A DNA stretch of 64,000 nucleotides from Octopus bimaculoides (taxonomy: Eukaryota): positions 30,351,771-30,415,770 of the forward strand of contig NC_069002.1 in the NCBI RefSeq assembly GCF_001194135.2. Direction: 5' to 3'. Made by a program: the position numbers and the translations under genes. This document shows, piece by piece, positions 25,111 to 37,400 of this stretch. Within the stretch, counting starts at the first letter, position 1; the number at the start of each line of letters is the position of its first letter. The notes beneath the pieces were generated by a model, which saw nothing but the letters and a program-made list of their open reading frames with translations, had not been told where the DNA came from and made no database searches.

Positions 25111-28100
25111 ATAATAATAATAATAATAATAATAATGATGATGATGATAATGATAATAATAATAATAATAATAAAGCAACAAGTTGTTAACGTACTGAGA
25201 CAGTATTGATAATTCTCTGGAGTTGGCCTTCTTCATGCCCAATCTTTTGCGAACAGCTGTGAAATAATTCTTCAAATATGTCATAATGCTTTCAGAATGT
25301 GGTTTCAGGATTTCAGTGCCAAGTTCTGAAAAGAAGGAGGAAGAAACGAGAGAATAAGGAAACAGTTTTGAAATTCGGAATATACCATTATTATTAGAGA
25401 ATGTCCAAGAGAAAATGGATGACGGAAGATTCAACCTTTTAGCATTCGGATTATTCTGTCAAATGTTCGGCTTATTTATTCCAATTGTTTTGAATTAATC
25501 ATGGATTAAATTGAACCTTTGTGATTTCAATGATGTGATTGTTTAATTTTAGGGTAGGTCTGAAAAGCCAGATCTGGCCAGATTAAATACCAAAGGGTTA
25601 AGCTACGCCTGGGTCAGGAGACTGGATTCTTGGGTTAGACAGGTACAAAATACAGTGCACGTGTGTAACATACTGGCTAGGGTGTTTGGCTCACGATTGC
25701 AAGTTCAATTCCCAGCAACACATTCTGACCTTGAGCAAGATACTCATTTCATGTTGCATGCGTCCACTCTGCAGGCAAAAACGAGTTGCATTTGTATTTT
25801 CAAAGGGTCATCCTTATCACATTCGGTGTGTCACACTGAATCTCCCTGAGAACTACATCAAAGGTATGTGTGTCTGTGGAGTACTCGGCCACTTGGTTGT
25901 TAATTTTATGAGCAGGCTGTTCCATTGGTTGGATCAACTGGAACCTTCACCATCGTAACCAATGAAGTGACAGTTAATGGTAAAGACTAAATACCACCAA
26001 TTCTATCACCATCCCCTAATCTGATGCTCTAACAATTCTCCTATCCACAGCCTCAATGTAATTACATTGGCCCTTATGCTCAACTGGTACTTATTTCATT
26101 GACCTCAAAGAGATGAAAGGAAAAGGTGACCTCAGTGGAATTTGAACACAGAATATGAAGATGGACAAAATACCACAAAGCATTTTGCCCAGGGCAGTAA
26201 CGATTCTGCCAGCTCACCGCTTTTATAATAATAATAATAATAATCCATTCTACTATAAGCACAAGGCCTCGAATTTTGGGGGAGGGGGCAAGTTGACTAC
26301 ATCGACCCCAGTGTGTAACTGGTACTTAATTTATCAACCCCGAAAGGATGAAAGGCAAAGTCGACCTCGGTGGAATTTGAACTCAGAACGTGAAGACGGA
26401 CAAATTACTGCTAAGCATTTTGCCTGACGTGCTAACGTCTCTGCCAGTTTGCCACTTTTATAATAATGATAATAATAATAATGATGATGATGATGATTAT
26501 GTAAAATAAAACAAAAAAATAAAAATAACAAAGCAAACCTTTCACATCTTGGCTGTGTGCACCCGATCCATTGACGACAACCAATTTAAATTCCAAACCA
26601 TCATCTTCAGGTAACTCAGGGTTGTAAAAGTTGATAACCATTTCTACGATGAGTAAACTGACCGTCCGGTTGATGCGTTTGGTGCAGAGAAGCTGGAACA
26701 CAAAAGACAATGGACAGACGACGATGCCATCAATCATCTTTGTCTTCAGGAAACAAGGAAACAACCTGGAGAGGAAAAAAAAATGTGAAAGATGCACATG
26801 ATGGAATTGTAATAGAGACGGGAGTGGTTGTCATGGGGAGGGGGGGGGTCAACAATGATAAAATAACATTTAAGGACTCGACTAGGATTTGAACTCAGAC
26901 CATAAAGACGGATTAAATGCCGCTGAGCATTTTGCCTGTTGCCTTAAACCGTGATAAGATATTAAAAATAAAGTCGTTTTTTTCTCCGACCACCGGAGGA
27001 GCAAACATTTTCCTGGAGAGTATAGTGAGGCCAGGGGGGGGGGGAAGAAACGGGTTGGATAATACCTGTAAATGTTAAACAATGAAAATGTAAATGGACT
27101 TACCTTGGATTTTTGGACCAAATATTAAAGAGTCTCAGCAAGAATGTGGGTCCACTGAGGCAGTCTTTAGGGAGGGTCTCGATCTACAAATAGAGTGAAA
27201 TAAAATAAAGTATTTATTGTTCACAACAAACCCATAAAATGATATTGTTTGGAGTTTTTTTTAACAGGGGTCATCATCCAGTTTGTATGAAAATGTGCAA
27301 AATCAAACGCTTTGATCTCCGTAAAAAACTAGCATGTGGAGGTGCGTGGCTCAGAGGTTAGGCTGCTACAATTATGATTGGAAGATTGTGGTATCAATTC
27401 CTGGACTGGGTAATGTATTGTGTTCTTGAGCGAAACCCTTCATTTGATGTTGCTCTAGTCCACTCACGCAGCAAAAATGAATAATTCTGCGAGTGAAGGT
27501 GCATGGTTGAATGGTTAGAGTGTGGGACTCATAAGCATAAGTTTGCAGTTTCAATTCCTGGACCAAAACACTTCATTTCATGTTGCTCCATTCAATTCAA
27601 CTGGCAAATATGAGCAATCATGTGACAGACAAGTCCTATCCAGCGGGGGAGTATATACGCCACAGAATCTGGGAAACTAGCCATATGAGCCAAAGGGCTT
27701 GGGAAGGTCCTTTCATCCATTTTGATATGATATGATGTGTAGTTGATGCCAGTGCTGCCTGATTGGCTCCCATGCCAGTGGCACGTAAAAATCATCATTC
27801 AAGCATGGTCGATGCCAGTGCCGTTTGACTGGTTCCCGTGCTAGTCCCACATAAAAAGCACCCACTACACTCTCGGAGGGTTGGCGTTACGAAGGGCATC
27901 CAGCTGTAGAAACATTGCCAGATCAGATTGGAGTTTGGTGCAGCCTCCTGGCTTGCCAGTCCTCAAACCATCCAACCCATGCCAGCATGGAAAACGGGCG
28001 TTAAACGATGATGATGATGATAGTATGTATTAAGTAGGGTACTAGGGAAGCAGGTGGTGGGGACACACAAACACAAACATACACACACACAAACACAAAC

Positions 28101-31100
28101 ATACACACACACATTGATACATACATATATACATATATGATGGGGCTTCTTTCAGTTTCCAACCAAATCCACTCACAAGACTTTGGTCAGCCCAAGTTTA
28201 TAGAGACACTTGCCCAACGTGCCATGCAGTGGAACTGAACCTGAACCCATGTGGTTGGGAAGCAAGCTTCTTACCACACCGCCACAAGAAAAATTGAAGT
28301 ATATACATATATATTCACTCACCTTTGGCCAAACAACCACATCAAAGATGGAATCAATGTCTTGAGGTGTGAAAGAGTAAGTTTCAAAAACTGTGAAGAA
28401 CTGCATCATTGAAAAACATAAAAAACAAAAAAGATTAAATTTGAAGAATTCACAAAAAAAAACCCCATCCACAAAAATAAATAAATAAATGAATGAAAAA
28501 AAAAATAATAAAGATTATGATAAAGCAGAGATATAAATTAGATAAATTTGGTAAGGGAGTGATTTAGTCAAATACGTCGACGCCAGTACTTGTCGTTTCA
28601 TCGTTTAATGTCCGCCTTCCATGCTAGCATGGGTTGGATGATTTGACTTAGGACTGGTGAGCCAGATGGCTGCACCAAGCTCCAATCTGATCTGGCAGAG
28701 TTTCTACAGCTGGATGCCCTTCCTAACGCCAACCACTCTGAGAGTGTAGTGGGTGCTTTTACGTGCCACCGGCACGAAGGCCAGTCAGGCGGTACTGACA
28801 ACGGCCATGCTCAAAATGGTATATTTTATGTGCCACCTGCACAGGAGCCAGTCCAGCGGCACTGGCAATGACCTCGCTCGAATGTTTTTTTCATGTTGCC
28901 AGTGCCACTGGACTTTTGGTATTTTATTTTATCAACTCTGAAAGGATGAAAGACAAAGTCAACCTGGGTGGGATTTGAACTCGCTGTCCGATATGGTAAT
29001 GATTCTACGAGCTTGCCGTTTTATACAAATTAAATAGTAAGGTCTTTAACCCTTTAGCATCAAGATTATTTTGTCAAATGTAAAGCATATGTATTAACAC
29101 TATTTTAAATTAATCCTGCATCATTTCATGACTGAAATTTCAATGATGTGATTGTTTATTTTTAAAATGACACTCTAAGGTAGCCATGAAAAACCAGAGC
29201 TGACCAGTTTGAAGATAAAACAAGTGGAATATTTTGGCCAGACATGGCCAGTTTAAACACTAAAGGATTAAACTTGATTGCAGAGAAGGGGAAAGATGTG
29301 GAGATTGATAAGTACACATCATATACTTACACATAATGATGTGTGTTATTAATTAATATAAATTGACATGGAGAGAGAGAGAGAGAGAGACAGACAGAGG
29401 CACAGAAAGTGGGGGGAGGCAGAAAAACAGAGAGAGGGGGAGAGACAGACAAAAAAGAGAGTGGAGGAAACAGAAAGATAGAGAGGGGGGAGAAACAGAG
29501 ACATGGAAAGAAAGAGAGAGAGAGAGAGAGAACAAGACAGACAGAAAGAAAGAAAGAGTGGGACTGAGACAGGCAGACAGACAAACAGACACAGAAAGTA
29601 AGAGGGAGAGAGAGAAAGAAAGAAAGATAGAAAGATAGACAGAAAGAGAGACTTTTTGTTGCCAACAGAGTTAACAATCCAAAGAATAAAACATAAATAA
29701 GACAAAATAAAATAAAAAAATAAAATAAAAGAACTCACCTGATATAATCGCAGGTAACACGGTCTGGAAGCTTGTAATAAGCATTTCACAACTCTTTGGT
29801 AAATTCTTCGTTTATTCTTGAGACATGCATTGACAGTGGCAATCATCCCTAAGATGACATGCAGCATATTCTGCAGGTAAGTCTGCAGGTAATGTCCCAA
29901 CTTTCTCAAGATAAGCCATATCAGGTTGGAGAAACTATGGTTTCGGAGTTTTGTGAGATTTGGGGGTTTTTTTGTAAAAAAGAAAAACAAGTTTTACATG
30001 AGTTGAGAATAAACAAAAATTGAAATATGCAATAAAGCATGATCTTCAAACGTTGGGCCTTATGCAGGCAAATGACTGAGACCTTTGGCAATAAGCCATG
30101 CTTTAGAAGACCCATCAAGCCAAGTGAAATCACAGTTGTGGCTGACGCTGGTGTCACATACCAGGAACCCATATCAGAGGCACATAAAAAGCACCCTTTG
30201 AACTTTGGGCCTCATGGGGGCAGTGACAAGTGACTGAGACCTTTGGTAATATACCATGCTTGAGAAGACTTGTCAAGCCAAGTAAGATTGCAGTTGTGAC
30301 CGATGCTGGCTTTAGTAACTGGCAACATGAAATGAAGTGTCTTGCTGAAGAACACAACACTCAGCCTAGTCTGAGAATCAAACTCGCAACCCCGTGATTG
30401 TAAGCCTAACACTCTAACCACTAAACTATGCACCTTCTATATATACATATACTCATTTTACTCTTTTACTTGTTTCAAGTCTTTTGACTGTGGCCATGCT
30501 GGAGCACCACCTTTAGTCGAGCAAATCGACCCCAGGACTTATTCTTTGGAAGCCTAGTACTAATTCTATCAGTCTCTTTTGCCGAACCGCTAAGTTACGG
30601 GGACATAAACACACCAGCATCGGTTGTCAAGCGATGTTGGGGGGACAAACACAGACATACAAACATACATATATATATATACGACAGGCTTCTTTCAGTT
30701 TCCGTCTACCAAATCCACTCACAAGGCTTTGGTCGGCCCGAGGCTATAGTAGAAGACACTTGCCCAAGGTGCCACGCAGTGGGACTGAACCCGGGACCAT
30801 GTGGTTGGTAAGCAAGCTACTTACCACACAGCTACTCCTACGCATATATATATAAAATCATCATCATCCATCAGTTAACACCTGTTTTCTGATTTCCAAT
30901 TGGATGGAATAAATTTTAAATGTGTAAAATTTGGAATTGGTTTGTGTTTTTACCTTTGAAACAGTGATGGAGGAAATACTTTGGTTAAATTGATGGAATT
31001 CTTCAGTTCTTCAAATGACGAATAATCTAGAAAATTCAAAAACAGATTCAGATTATTCAAAAATACTCTGAAACATTCAAAAAAGAGAATTAATTCATTA

Positions 31101-34100
31101 ATTATAATTGAGCTTTTAATTATCATCATCATCATCATTTAATGTCCACTTTTCCATGCTTGCACGGGCCAGACAGAATCTGTCATCTGTAGGACTAAAG
31201 AGCTTAAAGGTTTCCATAACTCAAATAGGAAAGAACATGTACTATTTGAACCACCAATGTCAGTCCCTCCTCTTCATCATATTGCATCCACTTTCCATGG
31301 GTTGAACAGTTGAACAAGATCCGATGAGTCAGAGGACAGCACCGGGGAGATCCATTGTCTCTCTTTTGGCATGGTTTCTATAGCTGGATGCCTGCCCTTC
31401 CTAATGCCAACTGCTTCACAGAATGTACTAAGTGCTTTCTTTGTGTTGTGGCACCAGCACCAGTTAGGTTGCCTTGTAATCTGCAGGACAAAAGAGCTTA
31501 AAGGTTAAAGGTCTCCACAACTCAAAGAAGAATAGGGGAGAACACATTCAATTTGAACCACCTATATCAGTTAATAAAAAAGTTATGAATAATTTCGCAT
31601 CACTTTTGGTATAACCCAATCCTTCAACAATGTAGATTCAAACTAAACTTCTTCACCAAACAGCCCAGCCAGCCTGCAGATGTATATTTACACTCTGTGC
31701 CTTCAAATGAAAACCAAGGAAAAAAAAAAAAACAGTGACATATACTTTTACTTGTTTCAGTCATTTGACTGCAGCCATGCTGGAGCACCGCCTTTAGTCG
31801 AGCAAATCAACCCCAGGGCTTATTTTTTGTAAGCCTAGTACTTATTCTGTTGCTCTCTTTTGCCGAACCGCTAAGTTACGGGGACGTAAACACACCAGCT
31901 TCGGTTGTCAAGCGATTTTGGGAGGACAAACACAGACACACAAACACATATATATATATATAAACATATATACGACAGGCTTCTTTCAGTTTCCATCTAC
32001 CAAATCCACTCACAAGGCTTTGGTCGGCCCAAGGCTATAGTAGAAGACACTTGCCCAAGGTGCCATGCAGTGGGAATGAACCCAGAACCATGTGGTTGGT
32101 AAGCAAGCTACTTACCACACAGCCACTCCTGAGCCTATATATGTTGATATTCCTCTGCTGATAAACTATCCTGCAGCTCTGCACTTTTCAAGATGAGTAG
32201 AATGAGAAAAATAAAACAGGACTTACTTGACGAGAAATCCAACCATGGTTTTAAGACGACTTCAACAAAAGTAATTCTTTCTTGGAGACTGCAGCCACAA
32301 AAGAAGGTGAACACTTGTCCTTTCTTTGACTCAGGTGTTTTCTTGTTTTTCAAAACTCCACAGAGTATCCTATAATACAAAACAAACACAATACTCATCA
32401 GTAACATGTCTCACAAATAGAAATGAAAAGAAAGAAAAAACATGACCATCTTCCATCTTTTCTTTTATTCTTTTACTTGTTTTAGTCATCAGACTACGGT
32501 CATGCTGGAGCACCGCCTTAAAGAATTTTAGTTGAATGAATCGACCCCAGTATTTATTATTATTTATTATTTTTCTTGTTAAAACCTGGTCCTTATTCTA
32601 TTGGTCTCTTCTGCTGAACTTCTAAGTTATGGGGACATAAACACACCAACACTGGTTGTCAAGTGGTGGTGGGTGGGGAGAGAAACCTAGACACAAAGAC
32701 ACACACACACATAGATATATACATATACATGACAGGCGTCTTTCAGTTTCTGTCTACAAGGCTTTGGTCAACCAGAGGCTCGAGTAGAAGACACTCGCCC
32801 AATGTGCCACACAGTGGGACCGAGCCCAGAACCATGTAATTGGGAAGCAAACTTCTTACCACACAGCCATGTCCACGCCTATCTGAAGGAAATAACATTA
32901 TCGTATCAAATTATGGTAACAAAAGGATTAAAGTGATCTAAATTAAAACCTTCCATCAAAACTTCATGGAAATTTATGTTCCAAATACCAGATTAACTCT
33001 AAGCATTTAAACCAACCATATCCAGCCCAAATATTCTACATGTTTTATGTTCAAACCAGCCATATCTGGCCTCTCATACCTACCCTGTAGTGTTATTCTA
33101 AAAATATACAGTCACATCATTGAAATCTCAAAACTGCATGATTAATTCAAAAACAACGTGAATAAATAAACATTGCATTTGACAGAGAAGTCTGAATGCT
33201 AAAGGGTTAATAGCAACAGAGTTATTTTAACCAAATTCTTCGTTATTTTCGAGATTAATTGTAAAAAATGGCAATGAATTTCAACAGAAATATGGTAACA
33301 GAATGGTTAAGGAAAAAGAAGGACACAGTGGACGATGTATTCCCTAATATACAAAATGACAGGATGGTCACAACTGGATCAGTTTTGAATATAAATCTGC
33401 CAGATCACAGCTGACCTGAAGCTAAACATCAACAGCAACCATCATAACTGCCTTCACCAAGTCTTACCTAGACAATATTTGAAAGACACTAGTGCGATGT
33501 TCCTTCTTCAGAATGCAACAACTGGAGTCCAAATTGAAACGAGCTAATTCAGCACGGAATCCTTTATTTTCCAGAATATGAATCAAATTCTCCCTGAAAA
33601 AAAAATATTTGTGATTCTAAAAATATTTATCAAATAGATAAATAAACAAATAAAATAATGATTTTGTAGAAATCTTCTATGATAAAAGAGAAGCTGATCT
33701 GTCTATCACAAGATATAAGTGAAGGAGGGGAAGAAGGGGAGAAGAAAAATACAGTGAGATAGTGTGTATGAAAGAGAGATAGATAGTGTTGTCACCATAG
33801 TAATGAACAAGTTTTGATTAGAAATGTGAGAATTGTAAGTGTATGTCTGCCGATACAAAACAGACTTCAAATAAAAAAGTATTTCATTATCTAACAATGC
33901 AGATAGTTATTTCTTTTTTTTATTGTTTGTATGTGTGTCTGTGCATTTCTGCATGTCTTTCAACATAGGGACAACACAATACAGACTTTAACTATGTTGT
34001 TGTTGATGAGGGAAATTCAGTGGGAGAGAGAGAGAAAGAGAGTGCGTGCATGTGTGTGTGAAAGATAGAGTGTTGTCACCATAGTAACCAACAAGACTTT

Positions 34101-34373
34101 CACTATATAGCAGAAGGTATGTGTGCATGTTTAACAAATATTTTTACCAGCAGCGTGGTACTAGTTAAGTATAAAGGCTAAGTGTGTATAAAGAGTGTAT
34201 ACGTTAATAACATTCCAACTTGTCTGAGTATTTTCATGGATGACTGAAAACAAACAATGGTGTCTGTATGTCACAGAGATGTTTGATTACAATTAGAGCA
34301 CAATATCAAAAGTAAACACACACAAATATACACAAAATGGGGTCAGGGGAGGGGTCTATGAAGTTTACTCACA

Positions 34374-34412
<39 letters not shown>

Positions 34413-37400
34413 TGAGAGAGACAGAGAGAGAGGAGAAGGAAATGAGACAGATAGAAATGAGAGAGAGGAGAGAGAAAGAATTGAAATAGAAATGAGAGAG
34501 AGAGAGAGAGGGAGAGAGATGAAAGAGTGGCACTCACCTGTAAGGATTGACGTCTTTGTTTGGGAAAGTCATGAGACACTCAAATGCCATCTTCTGAACT
34601 TTCAATTCTTTATGTTGAAGAAACTGAAAAGATGAGACAAAAACGGAGTCAATGCAAGTTGGGAGAGGACAAGACAGGACAGGGAAGGACGGAAATGGAG
34701 AGAATGAGATAATGTAGGACACGGGGAGCCAGTCGTGGAAATTAAAAAGTGAAAGGCAAAAGCAGTCATAAATGACCGCTTGGTACTTCTAGTACTAAAT
34801 GTAATGCTTATTTATTCATATTTTTTTCAATTAATCATGCATTATTTCATAACTTTGAGATTTAAATGACTTTGTAGGCAAGGTATGAGGTTGGACATAG
34901 CCATTATGACCACAAAATAGGTAAAATATTTTGACGAGATATCTGGTTTAAATACTAAATAGTTAAATATGTAGAGTTGTTTTATTACAAAGTTAGTTTG
35001 CAGGAGTTACCGACCGTATTTGATGGCATAAAAGATACACCGGCTTATTAGATGCATCCCAAGCTCAGCAGAGCATATTCCAGAAACAGAGAAGTTTTCA
35101 GAGCATTAAAGTATGAAATGAAGGCCCAACTTTACATACAGGCCCCAGGGTGATTTGTGGCATTTTTTTTTTTTGAGAAAAGTGCATCTTGTATGCCATC
35201 AAATACATTATATTAGCTATGTTAAGGACAGGTTACCTTACTGCAGAGTTATATTAACTTATGTTTGGGACAGGTTACCTTATTGTAGAGTTCCTTCAAT
35301 TGATGAGATTGATGCAAAGAACCACCGTGTTTGAATTTGGAGAACAAGACGAAATGGTTCAACAGTTGCCTGGAATTGAAAGAGAAACAGAAAGGAAATG
35401 AAGAAGAAAATATACTAGAACAGGTGAGATCACATTTAGACATTAACGGGGTAAAAATAGCCAACACTGTTTCTTCAGTTTCTATAAATATATATGGCCT
35501 AGTGGTTAGGGGACTGACCTTTACAATCATAACAGCAATGGGTTCAATTCCTGGACAGGGTGCTGTGTTGTCTTTTGAGCAACACTCTTTATCTCCTACT
35601 CAGCCATAAATGAGTACTAGCTGAGTGTTGGTGCAACCCCCATTTCTCTTTCTCTCTATTCCCCTCCGGCTGAGATGGAAGGACTGAGAAGGCATGTCTA
35701 TGTCTGCTCGCGACTACCCAGGCACCCTAAAGACAATTAACAAAATCGTGGTAAAAGGCACCTATGCTGATGTCACAAAAAAAGCACTCGTACTGGTGCC
35801 ATGTAAATGGCACTCCTGCTGGCACTACGTAAAGGGCACATATGCAGATTCCACACAAGAGGAGTGATGGTGCCACATAAAAGAAAATACCTGTGCTGGT
35901 ACCACATACAAAGCACCTGTGCTGGTGCAATGTAAAAGCACTCAGTACACATTGTAAAGTGGTTGGCATTACGAAGGGCATCAAGCTATTGAAACCATGT
36001 CAAAGCAGACAGGGGACCTCAATGCAGTCCTCTGATTCATTGGAACCTGCCAATCCACCCAACTAGCATCATTCAACAGACATTGAATGATGATAACAAT
36101 GATTATATATATATATATTTATGGAGATGTACTTGCATAGCAAGTGACATGATCTGAGATCATGTGCTGGAACGAAAACAATTGCAGCGTGGAAGGTGTT
36201 TATAAACCATTTAAGAAGCACACAAAAACCGTTAAATTTAATTTGCCAAAATATTTTCGTCGCTTTGAGACCATGATCTGATCACTGACAAAATTCCATG
36301 CTGCACGGAATTTGTCCGTGAAGTGAACGGGTCACGATCTCAAAGCAGCGAAAATATTTTGGCAAATTAAATTTAACGGTTTTTGTGTGTTTTAAATGGC
36401 TTATATACACCTNNNNNNNNNNNNNNNNNNNNNNNNNNNNNNNNNNNNNNNNNNNNNNNNNNNNNNNNNNNNNNNNNNNNNNNNNNNNNNNNNNNNNNNN
36501 NNNNNNNNNNNNNNNNNNNNNNNNNNNNNNNNNNNNNNNNNNNNNNNNNNNNNNNNNNNNNNNNNNNNNNNNNNNNNNNNNNNNNNNNNNNNNNNNNNNN
36601 NNNNNNNNNNNNNNNNNNNNNNNNNNNNNNNNNNNNNNNNNNNNNNNNNNNNNNNNNNNNNNNNNNNNNNNNNNNNNNNNNNNNNNNNNNNNNNNNNNNN
36701 NNNNNNNNNNNNNNNNNNNNNNNNNNNNNNNNNNNNNNNNNNNNNNNNNNNNNNNNNNNNNNNNNNNNNNNNNNNNNNNNNNNNNNNNNNNNNNNNNNNN
36801 NNNNNNNNNNNNNNNNNNNNNNNNNNNNNNNNNNNNNNNNNNNNNNNNNNNNNNNNNNNNNNNNNNNNNNNNNNNNNNNNNNNNNNNNNNNNNNNNNNNN
36901 NNNNNNNNNNNNNNNNNNNNNNNNNNNNNNNNNNNNNNNNNNNNNNNNNNNNNNNNNNNNNNNNNNNNNNNNNNNNNNNNNNNNNNNNNNNNNNNNNNNN
37001 NNNNNNNNNNNNNNNNNNNNNNNNNNNNNNNNNNNNNNNNNNNNNNNNNNNNNNNNNNNNNNNNNNNNNNNNNNNNNNNNNNNNNNNNNNNNNNNNNNNN
37101 NNNNNNNNNNNNNNNNNNNNNNNNNNNNNNNNNNNNNNNNNNNNNNNNNNNNNNNNNNNNNNNNNNNNNNNNNNNNNNNNNNNTGATGGTGCCACATAAA
37201 AGAAAATACCTGTGCTGGTACCACATACAAAGCACCTGTGCTGGTGCAATGTAAAAGCACTCAGTACACATTGTAAAGTGGTTGGCATTACGAAGGGCAT
37301 CAAGCTATTGAAACCATGTCAAAGCAGACAGGGGACCTCAATGCAGTCCTCTGATTCATTGGAACCTGCCAATCCACCCAACTAGCATCATTCAACAGAC

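Noticed and set aside
26882-27067. Acceptor at 27066 giving RYYP..., resembling human RYFP
   Set aside because: It would require a 38-nt intron and the downstream peptide does not match; the 26539-26765 exon aligns over its full length.
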